From: an uncultured Candidatus Poseidoniales archaeon
GTDB taxonomy: Archaea; Thermoplasmatota; Poseidoniia; Poseidoniales; CAYMED01
Assembly: GCA_964389655.1 (NCBI GenBank)
Contig: CAYMED010000011.1
Coordinates: forward strand, 1 to 64,000
DNA: 64,000 nucleotides
Direction: 5' to 3'
Shown here: positions 1 through 8,794 of the stretch, piece after piece
Layout: every line of letters begins with the position of its first letter
How positions within the stretch are numbered: the first letter of the stretch is position 1
The notes under the pieces: generated by a model
What the model was told of the DNA's origin: nothing
Database searches by the model: none
The model's input: the letters and a program-made list of their open reading frames with translations, nothing else
Program-made: the position numbers and the translations under genes

Positions 1-350
1 GGTGGAGGTGCGGGTGCACCCAGCGGATCAGGCCCGGGTGGTGGAGCAGGTCCGCCCAGGGGGTCTAATCCCGGCGGCGGGGGTGCTATTCCAGGGGGTG
101 CGGGTGGTGCTGGGGGGGGTGCCATCCCGGGAGGCCCGGGTGGTGGCGGTGGTCCTGCGCCAAGGGGTGGTGGGGGTGCTGCGCCAGGTGGGGGAGGTGC
201 TGCACCAGGAGGAGGAGGGGGTGCTGCACCGGGTGGGGGAGGTGCTGCACCAGGAGGTGGGGGAGGTGCTGCACCAAGAGGTGGTGGCCCACCAGGTGGT
301 GGGGGCGGAGCGGCTCCGAGAGGGGGCAGAGGGAAGTTCGCATCATTCAT
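1..350 (-). CDS. Polyproline-rich protein, N-terminal part only (runs off the left edge; absent from the ORF track)
   Basis: Reverse frame from ATG at 350 reads MNDANFPLPPLGAAPPPPPGGPPPLGAAPPPPPGAAPPPPG...GPDPLGAPAPP with no stop before position 1; third codon positions vary while Pro/Gly/Ala are kept. Confidence 0.8.
   Translation of the reverse strand, partial: MNDANFPLPPLGAAPPPPPGGPPPLGAAPPPPPGAAPPPPGAAPPPPPGAAPPPPGAAPPPPLGAGPPPPPGPPGMAPPPAPPAPPGIAPPPPGLDPLGGPAPPPGPDPLGAPAPP
170..290. repeat. Imperfect coding tandem repeat (18-21 nt units, GGTGCTGCACC core) encoding GAAPPPP(P)
   Basis: Repeated ggtgctgc(a/g)cc-(ggn)n units visible on the + strand. Confidence 0.8.
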
Positions 351-493
351 ATTCTAACACCAAGCAATCTCGTGAGGACTTGGTATTCGTATAACCGTTG
401 AGGCATCTTGCGAACTTTTCTACTTGGCTTTCAGCGATCTATATCGAGGCTTTGACACGATTTCTTCTTCAATGGCAGGCCCTCGGGCGGCTT

Positions 494-1360
494 GTGTCTG
501 AAACTGATAATACCCGCCCCCCCGTTCTTTTTGTCGTTGGCACAGCAGGTGCCGGTAAGAGCAGCCTTGTGCGCAGTCTGCAGAGATGGGCAAGATACTC
601 GGGAACCGATGTCCTTGCAGTGAACCTTGACCCCGGCGCGGAACGAGTCCATTATGACCCAGAATTTGATGTTCGGGATTTGATTGTCCTTTCTGAAGTC
701 ATGAATGAGTATGATTTGGGGCCGAATGGTGCACAAATCCTTGCAGCTGACCTAGTTGCCGCAAATGCGGACGCCATATCTGAGCCGCTTGACTCTCTCT
801 CCGGTGACTTGATCGTTATTGACACTCCTGGGCAAGTGGAACTGTTTGCATTTCGAGAAGCATCACTCCATCTTGTTGAAGTTCTCGGATCTGAACGTGC
901 AGCAATGTGCTACCTCTTTGACCCAATGCTCTCTCAGAGTCCCTCTGGTTTTGTGAGTCAAATGTTGCTCTCGGCCGTGGTCCATTTTCGTTTGGGCCTT
1001 CCAACTGCGAATTTTTTGTCCAAATCTGATTTGCTGGACGAAGATGTTCTCGAGCGTATTCTCGAATGGTCGCAGCGCCTTGAAGTACTTGAGGACGCCT
1101 TGTACCAAGAATCCACTAATTCTGCTTATCTTGGCAGGACAGGCTCAGCGCGAGTTGAATTTGCAATCACCATGTTGCGCACACTTCAGCAATCGGATAA
1201 CGCTCCGGGTTTGAAGGCCCTTTCCTCTGAAGAAGAAGATGGTTTGGCCGATATCATGTCTTTCATGCAGGATGTTTTTGTCGGTGGGGCTGATACACGG
1301 GATGGTTTTGCAGAAGACCTCGTTCACGAGCGGGATGACTGGGATGGGAAGATGTACTAG
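494..1360 (+). CDS. GPN-loop GTPase (ATP_bind_1 family)
   Basis: Walker A GTAGAGKS, NLDPG, signature GPNG, DTPGQVELF, SKSD; start moved from 398 to in-frame GTG 494. Confidence 0.92.
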   Translation: MSETDNTRPPVLFVVGTAGAGKSSLVRSLQRWARYSGTDVLAVNLDPGAERVHYDPEFDVRDLIVLSEVMNEYDLGPNGAQILAADLVAANADAISEPLDSLSGDLIVIDTPGQVELFAFREASLHLVEVLGSERAAMCYLFDPMLSQSPSGFVSQMLLSAVVHFRLGLPTANFLSKSDLLDEDVLERILEWSQRLEVLEDALYQESTNSAYLGRTGSARVEFAITMLRTLQQSDNAPGLKALSSEEEDGLADIMSFMQDVFVGGADTRDGFAEDLVHERDDWDGKMY

Positions 1361-1413
1361 TTCGCCCTTCCTGTCCGCTTTTCCTAAGTGCTGTACGCGT
1401 GCAGGCTCACCTC

Positions 1414-2364
1414 ATGGCAAGCCACTTGCTCTCGATCGCCGACCTTGCAGATCAATTTCCCGCAATCATCGGGTGGGCAATTGCGCTAAAAAATGACCCC
1501 GATGGGCTCGACTTTCGTCCCTTAGAGGGCCTAACAATCGGTTCGATCTATGAGAAGCCATCAACGAGAACACGAGTCTCTTTTGAGGTTGGAATCCAGC
1601 AACTTGGTGGAATGCCCCTTACATTGCTGAAACAGGATATCCAACTTGGTTCATCTGAAACTATCTCAGATACTGCAAAGGTTCTCAGTCGCTATCTCGG
1701 TGCGATCACTTATCGCTGTTTTAGTCACAGTGATGCCACTGAATTGGCTGCGTCCAGTGAGGTCCCTGTGATTAATGCGCTTTCAGATCTTCACCACCCC
1801 TGCCAAGCCGCAGCTGATTTTATGACCATTCAGGAGGAGTTTTCGTCTTCCAAGGTTAACCTTGCATGGGTTGGTGATGGAAACAATGTTCTGCATGACT
1901 TTATCCTTGGCGCGGCAATTCTTGGCCACAACTTGACGTGGGCCACACCCCCTGGTCTAGAGCCCGAAGAGAGTGTGGTTGAGCGGGCGAAATCGTTGGC
2001 CGAAGTATCGGGCTCAAAATTGCTAGCCAGTAATGACCCTGTCGAGGCAGTGCGTGATTCTGACGTGATTTATACCGATGTATTTTTGTCGATGGGTGAG
2101 GAAAAAGAAGCAGGTAAATTGTCCAAATTTGATGGTTTTCAGGTAAATGAGGAGTTGTGTTCGCACGCGAAAGAGGAACACATCTTCCTTCACTGCCTCC
2201 CAGCCCACCGCGGTGAGGAGGTGACTGATCACGTCATAGATGGGGCACATTCGCGCGTATTTGATCAAGCCGAGAATCGGCTCCATGCCCAGAAATCGAT
2301 ACTAACGTGGTTGGTCGATGAAATGGCTTGGGAGACCTATTCTGAGATCGCAGGTCTCATATGA
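1414..2364 (+). CDS. argF: Ornithine carbamoyltransferase
   Basis: KPSTRTR carbamoyl-phosphate motif, HPCQ, GDGNNV, TDVFLSMG, FLHCLP, QAENRLH. Confidence 0.96.
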   Translation: MASHLLSIADLADQFPAIIGWAIALKNDPDGLDFRPLEGLTIGSIYEKPSTRTRVSFEVGIQQLGGMPLTLLKQDIQLGSSETISDTAKVLSRYLGAITYRCFSHSDATELAASSEVPVINALSDLHHPCQAAADFMTIQEEFSSSKVNLAWVGDGNNVLHDFILGAAILGHNLTWATPPGLEPEESVVERAKSLAEVSGSKLLASNDPVEAVRDSDVIYTDVFLSMGEEKEAGKLSKFDGFQVNEELCSHAKEEHIFLHCLPAHRGEEVTDHVIDGAHSRVFDQAENRLHAQKSILTWLVDEMAWETYSEIAGLI

Positions 2365-2368
2365 CGCG

Positions 2369-3238
2369 CTACACCGCCCACCAAGCACTAATCCCGAATC
2401 CAAGAAGTCCTAGTGAGAGTGCTGCTTTGAGCTGCCTTTGCGCTGTGCGATCATTCCCTCTAATCAGGTGTGGCTTGAGTGTGATTAGGAGAAACAGGGT
2501 GGGTGTCTGTGCAAGTATGGTCCAAGTTGGCAGGAATTCCATACCATATCCGAATATTGTCAATCCAAGGCCCATGAGCGAAATGAGTGCCACAACATGG
2601 CGCGCAGAATCAAGACCAATTTGCTGTGGTAGCGTATTTCGGTCGCCATCCCCTAGGTGATCTTCGCAATCTTTAGTAATCTCTCGAGCAAGATTTACGA
2701 GCATTGCACATGCTGCAATCCACCATATTCGAATTGAACCTAGTTCTCCCAGTGCAGCACCTCCATAGAGTGCAGAAAGTCCGATTAATGCACTGATGGC
2801 CACATTTCCGGACAAGCCTCTAGCCTTGAGCCGTGGCCCTAGTTCATAGGCCATAATTGTCGTTCCTGCGGCAATCCAAATTGGCAGAGTCAACCAAGGA
2901 TTCTGCAAATTTCTGGCATGCGCATAGGATATCCCGAATCCCAAACATAGGACTGAGGTGATGATCCAAATTACGGCAACCTGATTTGCACGTGCTGAGT
3001 CAATTCTCCCACTAGGCAGTGGTCGAGTTGGGTGATTGATTTTATCCCCCTCGAAGTCCATAATGTCATTCAACACATTTGCAGCTGCCATGAATGAAAA
3101 AACGGCGGTGGCGTGAACTAATAATACGGTCATTTGAGGAGAGGAAAGTGAACCTGTTGTCGCCCATCCGCATATGACTACTGTTAGCAAACCAACGAGG
3201 CAGTTGGCAGGGCGCACGAGTTCCACGATCGCGCGCAT
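2369..3238 (-). CDS. Digeranylgeranylglyceryl phosphate synthase (UbiA prenyltransferase family)
   Basis: LVRPANC start, NDIMDFEGDKINHPTRPLPSGRI and AREITKDCED..GD Asp-rich motifs, several TM helices. Confidence 0.88.
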   Translation of the reverse strand: MRAIVELVRPANCLVGLLTVVICGWATTGSLSSPQMTVLLVHATAVFSFMAAANVLNDIMDFEGDKINHPTRPLPSGRIDSARANQVAVIWIITSVLCLGFGISYAHARNLQNPWLTLPIWIAAGTTIMAYELGPRLKARGLSGNVAISALIGLSALYGGAALGELGSIRIWWIAACAMLVNLAREITKDCEDHLGDGDRNTLPQQIGLDSARHVVALISLMGLGLTIFGYGMEFLPTWTILAQTPTLFLLITLKPHLIRGNDRTAQRQLKAALSLGLLGFGISAWWAV

Positions 3239-3260
3239 GGTTGACCCAATCGCCTCTCTT

Positions 3261-3554
3261 TCATCTTGCTGTCGCTTCTAGAAGTGGTTCTACTTTCACC
3301 GGATTTTGGCTTAATTCCCATAGGCAAACGGAGTATCTTCCAACTCTCCAATTTCCACGAACTTCTCCTACTTTGCGGAAATGTTTGTCCTTTGAGAGAA
3401 CATTTGTAATTTGACTCATAGTTGCTCCCCATCGAAATCTCTCATTGATCGCATCAAATATTTCAACCGTGTTTGCTCTTTGTTGGTTTGTGAGTAGTTC
3501 TCGAATCGCAGTACGTATGCGTATTGTGCTCAAAATTGCACCTCCATCGAACAA
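3261..3554 (-). CDS. Small basic winged-helix-like protein (DUF3860-like); true start probably TTG near 3533
   Basis: ANTVEIFDAINERFRWGATMSQITNVLSKDKHF...VCLW pattern resembles the DUF3860 family as I recall it from MGII genomes. Confidence 0.7.
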   Translation of the reverse strand: MFDGGAILSTIRIRTAIRELLTNQQRANTVEIFDAINERFRWGATMSQITNVLSKDKHFRKVGEVRGNWRVGRYSVCLWELSQNPVKVEPLLEATAR

Positions 3555-3909
3555 CTCATCCTTCCAGCATGGTGTGGTATTCTTGGCAACTTTCTTGCCT
3601 TTAGAGTTGGTAGAAGTGCAGTCCCCTTCTTGTAATCACATATGCGAATATTCAGTCTATTTATGTCCTTTTTTGGTGTCTCACAATCTGTTGCATCACA
3701 TAATTCCCATTTTTTGGGATCTCGTTTCTCGTTCAAGTGCATCATCTCCACCCCTGCCTGATTCTACATACATGAAGAATTGAGGCCGACCCGGTAATCT
3801 GAAAGTGAACGGAGAATGTGGTGCACCTCTCCATTCACTTTCTGAATGTGAAATTATTCTCGCTTAGATCGGCCCTTTCATAAGTCCCTTCTAGGACGAC
3901 GGATTGCTC

Positions 3910-3984
3910 GCTCGTGTGGTGTAGCCAGGTCCATCATGACGGACTCTCGATCCGTCGACCCGGGTTCGAATCCCGGCACGAGCA
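3910..3984 (+). tRNA. tRNA-Glu (anticodon CTC)
   Basis: Acceptor stem GCTCGTG/CACGAGC plus A, anticodon arm ACGGA-CTCTCGA-TCCGT, T-arm CCGGG-TTCGAAT-CCCGG; no encoded CCA; TATA-like TTTCATAA about 30 nt upstream. Confidence 0.97.
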
Positions 3985-4012
3985 GTTGGGGATCATTGCT
4001 TGAAATTCGTTA

Positions 4013-6073
4013 CTAAGCACCACTGTTGTTGCGGCTACGTCGATTGACAAATGCAGCACCAATGAGTGCCGATGTAGTTACAAATACGCCGAATCCAGGC
4101 AATCTTCCACCTTCCTCTGCTTTGCTTTCGTCATTAACCGCGGTTGCTTGATTGGAATTTGTTGTCTGATTCGTTGTTCCAGAATCGGTTGCAGATTCAT
4201 CATCTACAGATTGGTCCTCCGATGTTGCATCTGTGAAGACTTTTTCTTCCTCATCAATGGTGATCAGGTCTGATCCAAATTCAGGATCATGGAGGACTTC
4301 TTCTGCTACTGGGTAATTGAATCCACCAAGAAGGCGGACCCCTCGGAAATTGCTATTGTCAGATTGAGGGAGGTCTTCTTTCGTGACATCTCGGCGGCCA
4401 TGGACTTGATAGACGACTTCGAAATCCATCTTTTCGCCTTCATGTTTTATGGTGGCATTGTTTACCCACCGCAACCGGCCAACATCTGCTCCATTGTCCT
4501 CAAAGTGGAGGGAACCACCACGAATGGCGGTTTCCTTTTTCACGGCATCTGCTTTCAATTCACCGCGGTCTGCGCAATCAGTAGTGACTCGATCATAGGT
4601 GTCATCTTTTTCCTCAACCAGTCTTTCTTTGCGTGTCATCTCCGTTTTTGGCTTCGCTGGTGTGGCATTGCCGTCGTCTTTGCTAGAGTTGTTTTCAGAT
4701 TCAGTCACCGAACCAGCTCGAGCAGCCGTGTCTTCCGTCTTTTCAGAATCGCTATTTGTAGAATCTGTTCCATCCTCGCGATCTGCGGACGAATCTCCTT
4801 TTTCATCAGATGTAGCATTTTTTGCGGGGGTTTCACGTGGTGGAGGCTTGAGTTCTTCCTTTTTCTTTTCTTCTTCTTTTTCATACTCAGTCGGAGTCGA
4901 TTTAACGCGCTCTCCTGCACTTCCGAGTTCTGTAATCTTTCCCGTCTCGCAGACATTAAGGCGTCCTTTTTCGTCCACTTCCGGGCCAATTGCTGACTTG
5001 ACAGCGTCTCGCCTTGAATCACCAACCATGGCTTTTGGTTTTGCATCTTCCGCAAATTGAGTTTTCATCCAATCCCCTGTTCTTTCATCCATTCTAGTTG
5101 CTGATGCAGTTTCTGTTACTGTGAATAATCGACTATCGTTTTGGTTTGTGGTGTCGTTGATATGGACACCATCCCATCCTTTGATCCGAATGTCGTATTT
5201 CCATGTGGTGTTGAGGACGTGGCCTTTGACATCCGATGATGCAATTTTTGTGCTATCTTTGACCTTGATGTTGTCATTAGCATCCCTTTCAGTGCCTACG
5301 CGAAAGTGGGGGACACTTTCGATGTCGATTGTTTCTTCCTTCGTTGTTCCGTAAAATACAATTTCGACCGCATCTAATTTTGCAGTGCTATTTCGCATTG
5401 AATTGTTGCGAACGCCCTCATATGGGATATTTTCTGCAACAAGTGTGAAGGACAGGCTTCTTTCTCGTGAGTCAACATCCTCTCTGGCTGCAGTTTCGCT
5501 TTTCCAATCCTTCAAATTCCAAGTAGCCTTGTTTAGATCCACATACTTGTAGACTGCTTCATGCGTGAGACTTTTGTCATTCATAATTTCGGAAACGGTA
5601 CCTGCCTTCCCTTCGGATTGAATGCCGAACATTCCGTCTCGATCTCCATCAGCATATTCGATAATGCCGGCAATATTCATCCAAAATACATTCTCGACTG
5701 GGATACCCACGCGGTCCATGAACTTGTTATCTTTATCATAGACGTCCGCCACACCCAAGTAGCGCTTTTGCATTGAGACAAGTTCGACTGCTCCTGATTT
5801 CGACTCACTTCCCCATCGCACGGCAAAATTTGCATCCCCTACCTCGATTTTTACCCTAGGGGCGTCGGCCTTTTCCCGCTCAACTTTGACCTCTTGCTTG
5901 CGATAATCGATTTTTTCATGTCCAACTGCATCTTTTCTCTCTTGTTCATCTGTGGCCGATGTCTGGGCATTGGCGACTCCAATTGATGTGCTGAGAAGCA
6001 TTAGGATGGTCAAAAGAAGTGCTTTTGCAGGGCCCGAACCTCTTCGGGGAGTTGAAACTTCTGATCGTGTCAT
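4013..6073 (-). CDS. Secreted cell-surface protein with C-terminal PGF-CTERM sorting signal
   Basis: Signal peptide (ALLLTILMLLSTSIGVANA), charged low-complexity insert, Thr/Asn/Ser linker, then LPGF-hydrophobic helix-RRSR. Confidence 0.8.
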   Translation of the reverse strand: MTRSEVSTPRRGSGPAKALLLTILMLLSTSIGVANAQTSATDEQERKDAVGHEKIDYRKQEVKVEREKADAPRVKIEVGDANFAVRWGSESKSGAVELVSMQKRYLGVADVYDKDNKFMDRVGIPVENVFWMNIAGIIEYADGDRDGMFGIQSEGKAGTVSEIMNDKSLTHEAVYKYVDLNKATWNLKDWKSETAAREDVDSRERSLSFTLVAENIPYEGVRNNSMRNSTAKLDAVEIVFYGTTKEETIDIESVPHFRVGTERDANDNIKVKDSTKIASSDVKGHVLNTTWKYDIRIKGWDGVHINDTTNQNDSRLFTVTETASATRMDERTGDWMKTQFAEDAKPKAMVGDSRRDAVKSAIGPEVDEKGRLNVCETGKITELGSAGERVKSTPTEYEKEEEKKKEELKPPPRETPAKNATSDEKGDSSADREDGTDSTNSDSEKTEDTAARAGSVTESENNSSKDDGNATPAKPKTEMTRKERLVEEKDDTYDRVTTDCADRGELKADAVKKETAIRGGSLHFEDNGADVGRLRWVNNATIKHEGEKMDFEVVYQVHGRRDVTKEDLPQSDNSNFRGVRLLGGFNYPVAEEVLHDPEFGSDLITIDEEEKVFTDATSEDQSVDDESATDSGTTNQTTNSNQATAVNDESKAEEGGRLPGFGVFVTTSALIGAAFVNRRSRNNSGA

Positions 6074-6148
6074 GCCATGTGATCTGATTATGTGATATAT
6101 GATTCATCCGCATGAAAATGCCGTTTTTTTGAGCCTTGTATTGCTGGG

Positions 6149-8704
6149 CTAGTCTCGCCGGTTGATGGCAATCGCAAGCGCACATGTGGCGCCAGAAATT
6201 AGGACCATTGCAGCAGCAATTAGGCCGATTATGGTTGGATCTTCCGCCCAAGGCAGGCCCTCTGCGTTTGCTGAAAGGTTGGCAGTTGTTGGACCATGGT
6301 CTTCAATTTGAGTCGGTGGGGTTTGATTTGTAGTGGTACTTTCATCCAGCAGTTCCATCGTCTTTTCAAGGCTTGAAATCTGGCTCTTCGCATTTGCAAG
6401 TTCTGCAGTCAGGTTTGTGATTTGACTTTGAAGTGTCTCTATCGTTGATTGGTCTGATGGATCGGTAGAATTCAGTTGGTCCTGTGCATTGAAGATCTGC
6501 GCCTCAAGCGATTCCCTCAGGCTTTCAGCAGTCTCAAGCTGCCCTTGCAGGCTCTCCATCGAGGGATCAGTAGCGGGTATTGGCTTTGCTGGGTCGGCAT
6601 AGTATTCAGTGTACAAGTCAATTGGGCCTTGGTGTTGGAAAGCCAGTGACTGATTGAGTGAATGGAAGAAGGCACCATCGCCTGTTGTCCAAATTGGCGT
6701 CAAGTGCGTATCTAGGTCTGGATATTTTCCTTCCCACCATTGCTTGAATTCAGCGAGAGTCATGCCATCGGATGAGGCAAACGTTGCATACATCTCTTCA
6801 AGGTCAAATTGCATTGCATTAGTCAATTTTTCATCGATTTCAGCCCATGTTTGCTCTCCTTTCTCTACGCCTTTGAATGTCACATCAATTGCAGCAGTAA
6901 ACCCAGGGCCCTGAATAATCTCCAAATCATCGCCTTTGAGGGTTTCCATCAATCCGGGATGCCCGTAAATGGGCAAGCCACCAACCACTGTGAGGGCGAC
7001 GTGCTGGTCTATGGCTTCGATGAGGTTTCGATATGGGTCGTTATGAATGGTGTCAAGTACCAATATGTCTGCGGCTAAACCCGGCTGGATGCGGCCAATA
7101 TTTGCCGACCATCCCATTTCGTCAACGGGATTGACAGTGACCATCTTGGCTAATTCCCAATCAGAAAAGAGGCCCTGCAACTTGTTTTTGTTCCACCAAT
7201 CTGCCGTTTTGAGTTCATGGAGCGGACTTTTTGTTCCTGAGGGGGACCAATCGGGGGCTAAACTAATTTTGACTCCGGCAGCATACGCAAGATCCACGCG
7301 CGCCGTTTCCCCATAAAGCAGGAGATTTGAAGTTGGAGACCAAACAAGTGAGGCGCCAACATCAGCCATGTCTGCAAAATGCTCTTCTCTTAGTGGGACT
7401 CCGTGTATGATCATCAGTTCCCCAACTAAGAGGCCATTGTCGGTAAGGATTTCAAATTCCTTGAGCGATTTCTCATCGACACCTTCACAGAGATGAAGGA
7501 ACCACGCATCAAGCCCCCCTGAGTTGTTCCCCGATTTGATATGGTTACCCGAATAATCATGCTTGATTTCAGTCACTTTAGTGTGCATTTGGTCCCGGCC
7601 AAAGTTCCAATGTTCTATATTTCTTGCAAGAATATCCGCATACCCGGGATTATCGTGAGTTGGCCCACCTTGTATTGAGGTTGTGCCTCCTGCGATCGAT
7701 TTCATTTCGACATATTTGAGCGATTCCAGTTCTAGGTCCCAGTAACTGCCCGAAGCAATCAGCGTCTTTGGACCCGAAATCAAATCCCCATATGTTGGAT
7801 TATCCCCCCACTGATAGCGATTGGTATAGAATGCACCCTGCCTATGGTCAAGGTTGTAGTCCCAAATTGGATTCATGTTGTAGTGAATGTGATTGTGTGT
7901 GTCGATTAGCCCTGGATAAATAGTGCCCTTCGTGTCGATAATAGGTATACCAGATAGGTTAACCCAAGACGGCTTTTCATTGCTGTCCCAAACTGCTTTG
8001 ATTTCGCCATCATCGATGAGCACGTAACCCTCCTCATATACGCGTTCTTCCGAGATCATCGTAACAGTCCGGCCGTGTAGTGCATATGCCCCGGAGTGAC
8101 TGGTTTCTGAAATTGTATAGCACCTCCCGATGCGGGTTGAATTTAGGGCCCATGTGCTTCCATACTCAGCCCCTGGAGTGGGGTCTGAACTTGTTGACCA
8201 CAATCCCTCAACGCCTCTAGTGTATACCTCTCCCCAAAAAAGGTCTTTTTCTCCAAATGATTTTTCATCGATGAGGACACCTTCTGGGTTGAATATTCTA
8301 GCAGCACCCCCTTTGTGGTAGTCGAAGATAATCCCTGTTCGATTCCGAAAGAACACCTTGTAACCACCGGCAGGTAGCCATGTTCCATCTCCAATCGAAC
8401 ACGCGGGTGAGGCGCCACTAGAACCGCCATCAAGAATCCATCCTGAAATGTCGATTCCATTTGCGGTCGGGTTGTAAAGCTCAATGAACTGGTCAGATTC
8501 GGACGACCATTCACCATCTCCATTCCAGTCCACTGCACCGTGGCAATTTGTGCATGATTCAGTCGTCTCCATCTGACTAGGACTAACTAGGATTTCATTG
8601 ATCACAACAGAATCTGGCCATTCAGCTTGAATATTTGGAAGGGGGAGGCTCATTCCGCACAGGAGAATGAATGAGAGCAGCGCCATGCGCGTGCTAGTCC
8701 CCAC
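6149..8704 (-). CDS. Membrane-anchored amidohydrolase-superfamily enzyme with N-terminal lamin-tail domain
   Basis: Signal peptide; VVINEIL...DQFIELYNPT...DISGW (LTD); PGLIDTHNH, HLCEG, IIHG, APDW, GRIQPGLAADILVLD (amidohydrolase); coiled coil; C-terminal TM plus RR. ORF start 8791 overlaps the divergent gene, so GTG 8704 or ATG 8686 is more likely. Confidence 0.85.
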   Translation of the reverse strand: MGTSTRMALLSFILLCGMSLPLPNIQAEWPDSVVINEILVSPSQMETTESCTNCHGAVDWNGDGEWSSESDQFIELYNPTANGIDISGWILDGGSSGASPACSIGDGTWLPAGGYKVFFRNRTGIIFDYHKGGAARIFNPEGVLIDEKSFGEKDLFWGEVYTRGVEGLWSTSSDPTPGAEYGSTWALNSTRIGRCYTISETSHSGAYALHGRTVTMISEERVYEEGYVLIDDGEIKAVWDSNEKPSWVNLSGIPIIDTKGTIYPGLIDTHNHIHYNMNPIWDYNLDHRQGAFYTNRYQWGDNPTYGDLISGPKTLIASGSYWDLELESLKYVEMKSIAGGTTSIQGGPTHDNPGYADILARNIEHWNFGRDQMHTKVTEIKHDYSGNHIKSGNNSGGLDAWFLHLCEGVDEKSLKEFEILTDNGLLVGELMIIHGVPLREEHFADMADVGASLVWSPTSNLLLYGETARVDLAYAAGVKISLAPDWSPSGTKSPLHELKTADWWNKNKLQGLFSDWELAKMVTVNPVDEMGWSANIGRIQPGLAADILVLDTIHNDPYRNLIEAIDQHVALTVVGGLPIYGHPGLMETLKGDDLEIIQGPGFTAAIDVTFKGVEKGEQTWAEIDEKLTNAMQFDLEEMYATFASSDGMTLAEFKQWWEGKYPDLDTHLTPIWTTGDGAFFHSLNQSLAFQHQGPIDLYTEYYADPAKPIPATDPSMESLQGQLETAESLRESLEAQIFNAQDQLNSTDPSDQSTIETLQSQITNLTAELANAKSQISSLEKTMELLDESTTTNQTPPTQIEDHGPTTANLSANAEGLPWAEDPTIIGLIAAAMVLISGATCALAIAINRRD

Positions 8705-8794
8705 ATGACTTCGTCTTCTGTGCACTTCATAGGGGTTGAGGTCTTCGGCCACACTAGGGGTCCCTTGATAGGGGAAAGGTCTAGCGCCCATTCA

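Noticed and set aside
2-394. + strand 130-aa Val/Gly-rich ORF and the - strand His-rich ORF 86..346
   Set aside because: Both are alternative-frame shadows of the polyproline repeat; the Pro frame has an ATG and wobble-position variation
3530-3783. Short ORFs (3530..3751 -, 3445..3783 +) in the gap before tRNA-Glu
   Set aside because: No recognisable motifs and they overlap the DUF3860-like gene; the gap is better explained as non-coding
4289-5060. Long antisense ORFs (235 aa, 153 aa)
   Set aside because: Phe/Ser-rich mirror of the Lys/Glu-rich sense gene
3910-8704. Possible island integrated at tRNA-Glu (likewise at tRNA-Gln)
   Set aside because: No integrase and no duplicated tRNA 3' end found by eye
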